A stretch of DNA of 16,466 nucleotides, taken from contig CAXIUT010000304.1 in the NCBI GenBank assembly GCA_964035545.1, forward strand, positions 1-16,466, read 5' to 3'. The notes beneath the pieces were generated by a model. The model searched no databases, was not told the DNA's origin, and saw nothing but the letters and a program-made list of their open reading frames with translations. Origin of the DNA: Bugula neritina. Its lineage: Eukaryota > Animalia > Bryozoa. The translations under genes were made by a program, and so were the position numbers. Positions 1 to 10,813 of this stretch are shown piece by piece; positions within the stretch are counted from its first letter, which is position 1, and the number at the start of each line of letters is the position of its first letter.

Positions 1-810
1 AAAGTTCTTCTTATCTGAGTTTATCAACAACTCTTCTTCCAAGAAATCCTTTAATGGTCTTTTGTATCATGATCACTTGTTATTTTTTGAGGTTTTCAGT
101 ATCATCAGGATCAAAGTTTTATTGTCCTTGAGCTTCTTTTTTCTTGGCCAATTTTTTGATCTATCTTTTTTGATAATAAGCAGCTTTTAATGCTCTAACA
201 ATTCCCTGTCTTCCTCTTTCTATTTTTTGAATAATTCTAATTGCAGTTTCCATATTAGTATCGAGAGCTGATCTTTCTTAAATAACTTCTTCTTCTGGTA
301 AGTTAGTCTATTTGAGGTCAATAAGAAACTTTTCCACAATTTGATTTCTTTTAGATTTATCATCATTGCGGTCATGAACGAAGTATCTTGGAATGTGCAT
401 CTATATTTCTGAAGGTCTCATTCTCATATCAAGTAGAAATTCATCCAAGTTGACATATTAACTACGAACTGAGTTGGTAAGAGTATTGTATCTTATCAGA
501 TTTAATTTAAGTTACACAACTCTGAGCATAGTTGATTCCAACATATCTTTGAGTAACATTCTTTTCTGAGGGTGAACCATTTGGTCGTAAACATCTTAGA
601 GAACCTTGTAGCAGTGAACATATTTAACGTAGAGGTGAGCGTAGAATCGGAACCATTCTTGATCATTTCTTTCGTAAGTTAACTGGATAGAAAAAGAAGT
701 ACTTGGTTCTTGGCAAGATTCTAGTCTAGAGGGTCAAACTACTAGTGAATGTTCTCAAGAAGCTAGTTTATCGCCTCTTTCCAGAGGTTATTATAGTAGG
801 AACTTGACAT
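1..810 (-). CDS. DRC11: Dynein regulatory complex subunit 11 / IQ and AAA domain protein (IQCA1-like), 5' part; continues beyond the window's left edge; 20-nt intron 683..702
   Basis: ATG at 810 gives MSSSYYNNLWKEA... After removing the intron GTACTTCTTTTTCTATCCAG it reads LYVKYVHCYKVL[TAA]DVYDQMVHPQKRMLLKDML, then IQKIERGRQG and the IQ motif IQKTIKGFLGRR...LR[TAA]EEL. These match the IQCA1/DRC11 N-terminal signatures. Confidence 0.9.
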
Positions 811-991
811 GAAGCTCCTTTGTCACTATAAAAAAACTATAACTTAAATAAAAATCAATGCATAAAACTCCAATATTCTATCATAAACATTAATAGTCCT
901 TACTCTATTAAGTATCATTCTTACATTCATTTGCAGTTTATAATTCTATCTGAGACTGATAGGTTAAGTGACTATAATATAATTTTAAGGA

Positions 992-1692
992 ATGGAACGG
1001 ATGCAGGGTCGTCCAGCTCGAAAAATAAAGCGTTATATGACTGATCCTTAGGAAATAGGTAATGATAATCGAATAAAATATAATCACTTAAATCTTCAGG
1101 AGTTAAAGCTACAAGTGAGTGCTCTGGATAGTATACATGAAATAAGCCTACCTCCTAAAACAAACAATGTCTTGAATACTCATAAGCCTCCATCTAACTT
1201 CATTCCTTTTCATTCTAAAATAAATAGCAAACGTAACCCTTTGAAACGTCTACCTGATTTGAATACGACTAATAGTACTGGTAACGGTTGCGATGTACCT
1301 AAAATAGCAATTGGTCCTCCGAATTTTAAAAGAAGTAATCCTTTATTTGTTGTCAATAGTCTATATGGTATATTCTTAATTATTTAGACATTCTCAAAGA
1401 AGATGTAGCCATTGATAAAAAATCATTAGACAAAAATAAAAAAATAATAGAATAAAAACAACACTTCCAGAGCAATTAGTTTAGTTAGTTTGAGGGAAAA
1501 AGTTTAAAAGTTCCAAGAGGACCTAAAATAATAGAGAGCTAACTGAGTCGTTTAACTCAGCAATCTAACTTTGCCAGAAGAAAGATATATTCATAGTAGA
1601 AATCAAGGCAGAAGACCCAGGAGCCTTAGTTGTTGACATTTTACAAGCCTCGGAATATGGGTTCTTCTGAGTCAAATTAATTTTTATGTTGA
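992..1692 (+). CDS. Hypothetical protein (~226 aa), probable 20-nt intron 1368..1387
   Basis: ATG 992 is in frame with the track ORF at 1115. GTATATTCTTAATTATTTAG fits the 20-nt intron pattern, and the spliced frame runs to TGA 1690-1692. The unspliced frame would stop near 1545. No recognisable domain. Confidence 0.6.
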
Positions 1693-1714
1693 ATTTTTAT
1701 TTTTAAAGTCTAGA

Positions 1715-2348
1715 TCAAACATTAAATAGATAAAGATCAATATCCATAGAATGACAGAAATGTTATTCTTACATTTTCATAGTTTTTTCAACATTTTAGC
1801 ATTCAATGCACTTACAAGCTGGTCCGCATCTTTTGCCTGCGCTTATGCATTCACAATATTTCTTTAAGCAGTGACTTTTAGGACATTTGCATTTTATTAC
1901 TTCTTATTTGTTTCTGCTGAGGAATAATTGCTATTTATTTCCACAGTTGATGCATTAGCATTCTTCTGTACAAGCTAGACCCATTTTAAAACACTAGCAG
2001 TAATTTTTTAGACATCGAGTTTTGGCACAAAAACACCGGCGGATCAAACCTTCGCTCTCATTGCAGGTCGAAGTTGATGTATTCGATGTTTTTAGTTCTG
2101 TTGTTTATGTTGTTTCAATCGTTTCTGATTATTGTTGAGAGGGAGTAGTTGGTTCGTAGTCATAGTTGAGTGATGATTTTTTCGAAGTTGTAGGTTCTGC
2201 TACTAGTTGTTCGTAGAGATCTTGGTCTTATTCATTCATGCCGTCTAGAAGGATCATAATCTGTTATTCTTGCTACATAGGCTCGTTTTATTCGTTCTAC
2301 ATAACCTTTATCGAAAAAATATTATACAAAGTAAAGGGAGTTAACCAT
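1715..2348 (-). CDS. Tesmin/TSO1-like CXC (CRC) domain protein, two CXC repeats
   Basis: Reads CFCAKTRCLKNYC[TAG]CFKMGLACTEEC[TAA]CINCGN and CKCPKSHCLKKYCECISAGKRCGPACKCIEC[TAA]N, with TGA at 1717-1715. The start is either ATG 2302, or ATG 2348 with a 22-nt intron 2306..2327. Confidence 0.88.
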
Positions 2349-2649
2349 TTAATTTATAATTTTGATCTTAATTGTTCAAGTATATGTTCTAATAGAGTAG
2401 ATTTTTAGTTCATAGAAAGTTATTGGAAAGAAAGTAAATATTTTTCATAAAAAGTTCATCATAGAATTTTAATAATGATGTTTCATTGATAGATTTCGAA
2501 CTAGCTTTCAAATAAACTCATATTTAGTGGATATCTTAAACATTTCTAATTTATTTTTTAGATATTGAATGTCAGATTTATATTAATTTTTATTGATAAT
2601 AATCCTTATAGATTATGTTATTAAAACAATTATCAAAAATTATAAAATA

Positions 2650-4478
2650 TCATTGTTTATCTGTCAAATCACTAAAATAAGAATTTTAACTTTGTTATAT
2701 AGGTTATTATGGTTCGACCAATTAGACTTTTTTCATCTATGTCATTGAATCAAATTATAAAAAATCTAATAGTTTGATGCAATGGTCTATCTAAAAGAAA
2801 AAGTACTTATAGATTATATCTTAAGAAGAGCTTTCATGTAGATAGCTAGTCTTACTTGTCTTGATTTTGGTGATGTTTTTGAACCAAAAGGTGAAAATTT
2901 TGGTGGTAAAGGGGGAATCTATTCAATATGTGGTTTTTTTATGTTAATGAACTTGCGAACGTGTCTATCTAGAGTAACAAATTAGCTAAATCTTTTTTTG
3001 AGAGAGATTCCTTTGTTAGTTTATCCGTAAGTGACAGATAAGAGATAGCAAGTATGGATTTTTCCATCTCCATCGAACACTACTTCATGTCCCATGACTT
3101 CAATAACCATATTTTTGAAGCCATATGCCAGGGATCAAAATAGTGATATACTTTATTTTAAGTTTGATGTCTAATCTTAGCCATGAAGCAAAAGATGGCC
3201 ATAGTGATTTTTTATTAACAACAAAATCAAAAAAAGAAAGAATATCTTGTTATGAAGGGATTTATGGAAGGATTTATATGGTTAATTTTTTTTATTACTT
3301 GAGTGTATTGTAGAACTGTAGGATTTCTATTCTGGTTTGATTGATAATTAGATTTAAAAAATCAACGTTCTCTAAGATTATTTTTCCTTTTTGCCTATAG
3401 ACTTTAAAAAAATGTTGTTTTTATTTTTATTATTCAGAAACAAGAGTTTATGTTCTTTTTATTCCTTTAAAAGAAGATTCATGGACAGTCAATTGATTTC
3501 TAAGGTTGGGAGGAACTTAGAGAAATTAAAGTAAGCAGGGAACTATAAACTATCCTGTTCTTGTTATTTCTAGAAGATATGTCTAATATGTTTTAAGTTT
3601 TTTATTAGCCGTATTTGATAAGATTACTATATTTATGATTTTGTTCTGGAAGAATGACTTCTTGTTTAAAGGAAATATTTTTCTCAATTCTAAGCTCATT
3701 TTGATAAAATCTTGATCTGATTTACTGATAATATTGCTTTTTTAGTCAACATAAACAGCTATTTTGAAGCGACAAGAAAGTCCTTCTTTGAGTTAATTGA
3801 CTTAGAAGTATTGATTGAATTAATATAAAGACGATTGGTGTGCCATTTTTTACCATCTATGAATGCTGTCTTCAATTGATTGATAGAAACACTATCATGA
3901 TTGAGTTTTGCTTTATTAAAGAGAGAAATACTTAAAAGATCTTCTGATCGTTTTTTTTTGTGGAAAAGAATGTCCAAAATGAGAACACAAAAATTAAGGA
4001 TTCCGATCACTAATGATAGGAATATAGTAAATTTCGGGTCATAGGCTAAGTCCTGACTTAAAGAAATATTTACTTAAATAACTATAACTTCAATAATAGC
4101 TACAATAGTACAATAGATCCAGAAAAGAATGTTGGGTAGAAACCTTTTTCCTATTCCTTTAGTAACAAGTTTAAGAACTATGTAGGACTGCATTGAATAG
4201 TTGATTAGGAAGAGAAGGGCAACAAGAGAAAAGTTGGGATGCTTATTGAGCCAGTATACAGATGAAGAGTATGAAAGGATGAGGTGAATTGTTTGTAGAG
4301 CCATTATGATGAGGATGATAAAGAATTTGATCCAGACTCTTCGGGGAAGTTAGATTTAAAGATTTTATCCTAGCTTATCAAGTTTCATGACTTTTCTGAT
4401 AAAGAAGATACTGAAGATGATGTTGAAGAAGATGTTGTAACCGAGCTGTGTGTACAAAAAAGTGAGAACGCTTGGCAT
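2650..4478 (-). CDS. Multi-pass membrane protein with C-terminal PX domain and a second, divergent PX-like domain; 20-nt intron 2787..2806; two unresolved frame switches (~3890-3780 and ~3135-3105)
   Basis: ATG 4478 leads into several hydrophobic helices (track ORFs 4074..4304 and the start of 3759..4010). PX-like 1: CRFKIAVYVD..IISKSDQDF..LELRKIFP...LLEFLE. PX 2: HTCYLLSVTY...KKRFS[TAA]FVTLD...IPPLPPKF...RQVRLAIYMKALL...LLDFLE. TGA at 2652-2650. Confidence 0.65.
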
Positions 4479-4539
4479 TATCCAACAATTATATTTCTAC
4501 CTTGATAAAACGAGTAAAATGAAATTATGTTTCGAATCA

Positions 4540-5860
4540 TCAATATTGAGATTTACCTTTTCTTTCTCCCAGAAGTCAGAGGCATATTCGTTTATTTTTT
4601 GATCATCAAGCAGTCTTTCTTACCTGTTTATCGAATCTATTCAAGCAGGCCTGGAGGACTTTTGGTATAACGGGTCACTTCTTCATGATAAACGTTCTTT
4701 GGGTCATCTTTGTAGTATTAATTGATGGTTTATTCAATTACACCTAGTGACTATGTAAGATTGACTCTAGATACGTCTTTATCGATTCCTAATTTTTTAA
4801 GTTCTGTTTGTGTGACTTATAAAAATATATCAACTTGATTGATTTGCTGGTTTAATTGATTTGATTAGACTGTTGAAGGAGAGATGCTTATTTTTTTTGA
4901 TGTTGATTAAGAAGTTAAAGATATTCTTGGTTATTGATACTTTGTGTTAATATTTATTTTTTGAGTTTGGATATTTCTTAATTGATATTTTATATATCTT
5001 TATTGAGTTTATTGCTGAATTAGTAGATGAATTGACTTTGTTCTTAGTGTTTTAGAAAAGAGGAGGTTATTTATTGGATATCATTTTATCCACTTTATTA
5101 TTTTATTTATTAAAAACTTTTATGAATTCCTTGCATTGTTTTTCTATATTGTTCTATTACTTTAGCTTTTTTATTTATTTTTAGATATTAGATTTCTTAA
5201 TCCTGTATCGTACTAGTGGAGATGTATCTGTTCCTTAACTCTTTTTATCAGCCTAACTTCTTCTTTTTAATATTTTATATCATTGTTATCTAATGATGCT
5301 TTTACTTAGTTTATATCATCCATCCATATTTTGGTTTATTCTTAATTTTTAGTTTTTAGGTTGATAATTTCTTATTTAGTTTGTTGTATGTTTTATTTTT
5401 GGTGATTGATTTAGATTTAAGAGTGAACAATCATTTGACTAAGATGTTCAATTTGAGATATTTTCTTTTTCTATACATCTGCTTGAATTAATTTCTTTTT
5501 TCTTAGTTCATTTATTTATGACTTTAGATCTTTATTTGATGAGATTACATGGTTAAATGAATTGATTGTTTGCTCTAATTGCTTTTATAATATGTGTGTT
5601 TTTGCTTTCATTTTGAATATCTAGGTTTTAAATTTACGACTTTTCAGAGAATCTAGCTCTTATACTTTTTTTGTGTATTATTTCATCATTTAGTTGCGAT
5701 TTTATTGTACTCTGAAAAATTTTCTTTATCCTTGCTACAATATACGAGTATAGTTATCGATTTCTCGTTCGAACATGATGCTGGGAGGTTAAGTTAGAAT
5801 TGAAGTATTAGCTGATTTATAAATTATTGATGACTCTTACAACCTTTTACCTTTGTACAT
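4540..5860 (-). CDS. Outer dynein arm docking complex DC2 / CCDC114-CCDC63-like coiled-coil protein; several frame switches, 3' end approximate
   Basis: ATG 5860. Segments LEKQLEQTINSFNHVISSNKDLKSEINELRK, SFEEIKEESGENDIQEITSSFLKHEEQSQFIYEFSNKLNKDIE and NLTESLGVIEETINE resemble the conserved blocks of ODA-DC2. A tandem TGA TGA at 4542-4537 is the likely end. Confidence 0.6.
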
Positions 5861-5918
5861 CACTTTCTATTATCGAATATATAATAGAAAATCTTATTAA
5901 TAATTAATATCACACATA

Positions 5919-7370
5919 TCATTCTATTCTTTGTAAAATAAAATATAAGGTTAACTCATCTTCACTCGATCCCATGAACTACCCTTCACATATCGCATCA
6001 GAAAAATAATACCAATCTTGTCCTCGTCTGGTGTAAGCAATATAATGACCTCATGAGAAGATCCACTGTGCTAGGTTATTGCGAATAATTAGTATACTAA
6101 AGGACCTTTGTTCAAACAGTGACCTTAAAGATATAGGTGATAGGGAGGACGAACAATTGCATTATTCTTAGAAAGGTTGTTATTAAATCTTTGAGACTGA
6201 TGACAAGGGTTTAAGGAGGATCTTTTAAGTAAAATATGCGTCTGCCTTTTGTTATCCACATTTTTAGCAACTATAGTAGTTTTTATGTGAAAGAGGTTAC
6301 GGTGAAAAGAAAGGGATCAAGAAAAGATTCTGTTTTTGGTTCAGGAGGATAGCTTAGGCCTTAAAGTTTAATTTATTATTTTGGGATATCTCCTTCAGGC
6401 AGTTTGAAGTTTTTATGTGATGTTTTTGATAGTTGTACAGGCAATTCTAAACAAAAGTCAAGACTCCAGCTAATTTGTAGACATTCCATACATTCTAATC
6501 TACTTGTAAGATAGAATCCAAAGAGTTGCTAGGTGGGAGTGATCTTTTAATGTTGTGTAAATTTGCAATTCATCCAGAATCTTTACCCATCGATTAGTCC
6601 ATTTACTAACACTGCTAGAAACTATTGTGCATCTTGTTGGTCAAAATGTTTGTAAGCTCCTTTTGTTTTGCAGACCCAGTTGAATAGAGTTTCGGAGTAT
6701 GACATTTCTCATTGTTTTTCAAATATTTGTTGAAAAGAAAAGTTATTTATCCGATACGTCCGAATTGTCTGTTTTTATCTATTTAAAAATTGGAACATCT
6801 AATATGTAATTCTTAGCATGCGTACAGACTTTGTAGAATGGAGTTAAAAAAACAAGTATTGCCTAGATTTTTCAAACCAAATACTTATAGCTTATGTTTC
6901 AGTTTTTTTTAATTATGTTATTATTCTTTCTTCAACATTGGATATTATGTCTTTTACATTTTGTAGGACTCCTTTATCATCTCTTTCTTCTCTTTTTTAA
7001 CTTTTTAAACAAACTTCTATCCCAATTTATCTGAATAGTTGACTATTTTATCATAAATTTCTTGAAGTTTTTACTTCTTATTCCCTTCCTCCATAAACTT
7101 TATACTATCTTATACCTTTACTTTACAATTGAAACAGTATATTTATTTCTATTCTATCTGAAAACACAGAGGATGCTTGGTTCCATAGCTATGCTGATAG
7201 GTGCAGAGATTGATTTCTGTATTACATCTGATTTATCCACAGCTGAGACACATACCTAGAACATTGCTCTAATGTTTTTTGTTGCCTGTGCATTGGCTGC
7301 CTGCTTTTGAGAAGTAGTTGGCTATTTTTTATGATTTAACTAGGAGTAGATGTTAACACTGTTTTGACAT
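5919..7370 (-). CDS. Ubiquitin-specific protease (peptidase C19) with N-terminal ZnF-UBP, USP16/45-like architecture; several frame switches in 3' half
   Basis: ATG 7370. ZnF-UBP: CEHL...CLSCGEIRC...H...HPL...YCFNC. Cys box: GLKNLGNTCFFNSILQSL. Also QQDAQ[TAG]FL, the zinc ribbon CMEC/CEKC, PPETLVISLK, His box HSGS..GHYIAY and terminal PYILFY. Confidence 0.85.
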
Positions 7371-7443
7371 TTATTATCAAGTATATACAAATAATTGAGT
7401 TTATGTTGTTTTATAGAGGCAAAATATCATAATTATAAGATTC
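7371..7443. promoter_or_regulatory. Putative bidirectional promoter region between USP and TERT
   Basis: Only 73 AT-rich bp separate the head-to-head ATGs at 7370 (-) and 7444 (+). Inferred from geometry, no motif identified. Confidence 0.5.
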
Positions 7444-10400
7444 ATGAAACTTGTCACCTTTATTTCTCACTAAGAAACTCTCAAGGATACTTTCGAAGAA
7501 GTCAAACCTAAATTCGAAACTCTTCTCTCACATATTCCTCAGAAGACACGCGAATAGCTCGGTCCAGCAGATCTTCATTTTTGTTAGAATTCATTTGTTT
7601 ATCCCAATGACGTGATATTTGATGTTAACTTACCTTAGATTCCTAAATCAATCGAAGGGTTTATGTAGGAGGTGATTCGGGAGTTGATTTATCGTAGAAA
7701 ACAGACATATGTGCAGTGTCTTGGGCAGGAGTATAAAGATTTTCATTTGATAATGAAATCTTTGAATTTCGGTAGGACTATCATTGAAACTAGTTCTACG
7801 TTCAAGACTTTGCTAGCGAAAATGAACTATAATTTATTTTACAAACTTTTGGTAAATTATATAGTCATTGTACCATATAAAGGATAGCATATTCAAGTTG
7901 CAGGAAAAGCTCTCAATGAAAAATACAATATGAAAGCTATAGGAGGGGCAGTTGTTAAAAGATTATCTGAACTACCAAATGAAGATGCATTAAGAAATAC
8001 CTAAAGCAGAGAAAATGTAGCATCAAGTAATTCTAATGCTCAACTACAAACACCTTCTGTCTCATCAGTGAATAATCCTCAGGTTAAATAATCTATTCCT
8101 AATCAAAAAAAGACAATGTAAATAGTGGAACCTTTGTCGAATCATAAGAAGATAGTAGAAACAGAGAGTTAGATCATCAATAAAAAGATAGTATAAACAG
8201 AAAATCAAATGAATTAGAAAGTAGTGGATGGAAATACAAGTTCTAACAGAACATCTCCTCCTCAGCCATCTCCATCATCTCAATCTAAGAGCATTCTAAA
8301 AACATATAGTTACAGTGCTGAATTAATAAACCGTATGCAGATATTTTACTGTTCTTCTATGAACAGGATGGCTGGTTTGTTTTGCAAGAGTACTTACGCT
8401 GATATTTAGATATATATTTCGATAGGAATCAGAGGAAGTCTAAATTCATTTATTAGATAGGCCATAGAACTACAACTATATTATAGGAACATTTTAAAAA
8501 GAAAATTAATATTCCATAGAAAGTTAGTGATAATTTAAAGGTGCTTCTGGTTACTTTATTCTAAAATACAAGATAATTCTTTTTTATAAGTTACAAAAAT
8601 GGAAAAGATACTTCCAAATTTACTAAATATCTGAGTCTGAATTGTCGTCTTCCCAAAGAATATCATGAGTTGAGATTGAGAGTTAAATTATATTTATAAA
8701 ATTAGTCAAGCAAGTAGAGTCGTACTGATGAGGCGAAGCAGATATTTAATGATCTATACAGTCATTATAGTGGATACTAGGGAGTAATTAACTTACTGAA
8801 ACAGGTGATAGTTAGTACAGTGCCTGAGAAGTTGTTGGGTAGAAATAATAAGAAGATATTTATGTAGATGATGGGAGGTTTTGTGACTATGAAACGTTTT
8901 TAAAATTATAAAATGGATGATTTCCTTGTAAGGATGAATGCTTTTGATTTGGAATGGGCTCTTTGTAAATATAATAGAAAATATCATAGAAAGATAGTCA
9001 TTAAAATGAGAAGATATCTATCTTTGGTCATTACTTTAATACTTAACTATCTGATAATTCCCGTTTTGAAGTTGAATTTCTATATAACAGAAAAGCATAA
9101 GGAAGCTAATAGAATATTTTATTATCGGAAACCTCTTTGGACTTTGATTAGTAAGATGGCTTTGGTAAAATTTAGTGAGGATAATTTGTAGCCGATTGCT
9201 GATGTGAGTGTATTGAAGATGAAAAAGAATATGACTAGTGCTATTCCTGAAGGCAAATTAAGAATATTACCTAAGAAAGGAACTTTTAGACCGATTATTA
9301 CATTTAATAGAAAGTTGTAGTTTATGTCTGATGTTAATCCTAATGCTAAATTAAAAGCCAATTTGAATCAAATTTTATCTGATACTCAGCTAGTTCTAAG
9401 AAATCTTAAACATATATTGGGTTAAAGTGTTGGATATTGCATATTTGACAATCGTCAAATAATGCATAAATATGATTCTTTTATTGAAAGATGGCGTTAG
9501 AATGGAAGTTACTAACTCAAATATTTTACTCTAGATATCAAGAAATGTTATGACTCGATTGATACTTCATTGTTATTAAAGATCATTGAAGATACAATCT
9601 ACATATAAGATCAATACTTTATTATGAAGTACAATCGATTGTATAGAAACAAAAAACCTCTCTATGGAAAAGGTCATTTTTCTTCTTATTTTAACTATAA
9701 AGAACGAGTGACTGCTGTAGGAATATCAAGCGATCCTATGTTAATTCGAGAAGAACATAAAATACCAGCTATTAATATATTTCCAGCAAAACAGAGATTG
9801 ATAACAAAAAAGAAGATCATTTAGTTGTTAAGAAATATTTGTGATGGATCCATTATTAATTATCGTAAAAACTTTTGGCTACAAAAGTTGGGGATTCCTC
9901 AAGGTCTCAATGTATCTGGTGTGTTGTGTTCTCTCTATTTCGCATATCTTTAGCATTAATATGTAAATGTCAAGTAAGGTCTTTTATTGAGGTTGACTGA
10001 TGACTATTTGTATATTGGTCCTTAGAGGGAAGCAGTTCAGGTGTTGGATAGTTTGTTGTTTTGTTCTTCTAAATTTGGATTTAAATTTAGCTAGGATAAA
10101 ATATCAAAGAATTTTGCACATTCTGTCCTGAAGGAAATGAGCGATAGTAAGGAGATTTATTGGATCGGTAAAAAGATCAATATATAAACTTTATAGGTTT
10201 TGCCTAACTTCTAAATGAACTAGAAGGTAGAGTATGCGATGAATGTTAATTTATCTAGAAAAAATCCTAAAAGTTTTTTGAAGAATAAGTTAAAATCTTT
10301 GTTAACTAATCATTTCTCTTCATATTTCAAGCCTAAGTATTATCCTTTAGATCATCAGACAACAGTGGTCCGTAGTTATGTGTAGATATCTTTATAAAAG

Positions 10401-10774
10401 TTTATGCCTTTTATAAATAAAGTAATAAAATAAATAAAAAGTCCAGAAAAAGTGTTAATAAGGGTATTTAAAAGTTGTTTTAGAGAATATCTTCTTTATT
10501 GCTGTATGTTAGCTGATAGAGAAGATGACATGTAGTACTATTACTATATTAATTTGTACATTTTTATTTATTTAGACAAATTTCATAATAAATTTTGGCT
10601 TTTTTTAATCGCAGACATCCTACTCAACCTCTTTTTTTGAGTATGAAAAAAATATATCGAGAAGAATGTAACAAAATTAAACAAGAATTGGCAAAAATAA
10701 AATCAAATGAAATAGAAATGAAAGTAGGAAATTAAAATGAACATTAAAGCTAAAATTAGAATAAAGACGATTGA
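7444..10774 (+). CDS. TERT: Telomerase reverse transcriptase (~1096 aa); 20-nt introns 8390..8409 and 10556..10575
   Basis: Continuous frame after removing two 20-nt introns. Motifs in order: TEN/GQ HIQVAG; CP2 INRMQIFYC; CP FTKYLSLNCRLP; QFP VPEKLLG...KRF[TAA]; T motif FYITEKHKEANRIFYYRKPLW (from 9078); motifs 1/2 GKLRILPKKGTFRPII; A FTLDIKKCYDSI (Asp 9534); B' QKLGIPQGLNVSGVLCSLYF; C LLRLTDDYLYI (DD 9999-10004); E WIGKKIN. TGA at 10772-10774. Confidence 0.97.
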
Positions 10775-10813
10775 ATGATACTAGAAATATAATTTGAATG
10801 AATAAGATATATA

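Noticed and set aside
3911-4073. Two possible 21-nt in-frame introns (4053..4073 and 3911..3931, minus strand)
   Set aside because: They are frame-neutral and stop-free, so they cannot be distinguished from coding sequence without RNA data.
5160-5182. Euplotes-type +1 frameshift at AAA-TAA in the DC2-like gene
   Set aside because: TAA is a sense codon here and AAA-TAA is read through in frame many times elsewhere (e.g. ACOX). A homopolymer indel is the simpler explanation.
9078-10180. Reverse transcriptase motifs as a retroelement, retron or group II intron
   Set aside because: TEN, CP2, CP, QFP and T motifs and the LTDD motif-C context identify a cellular TERT. No endonuclease, LTR or terminal repeats are present.
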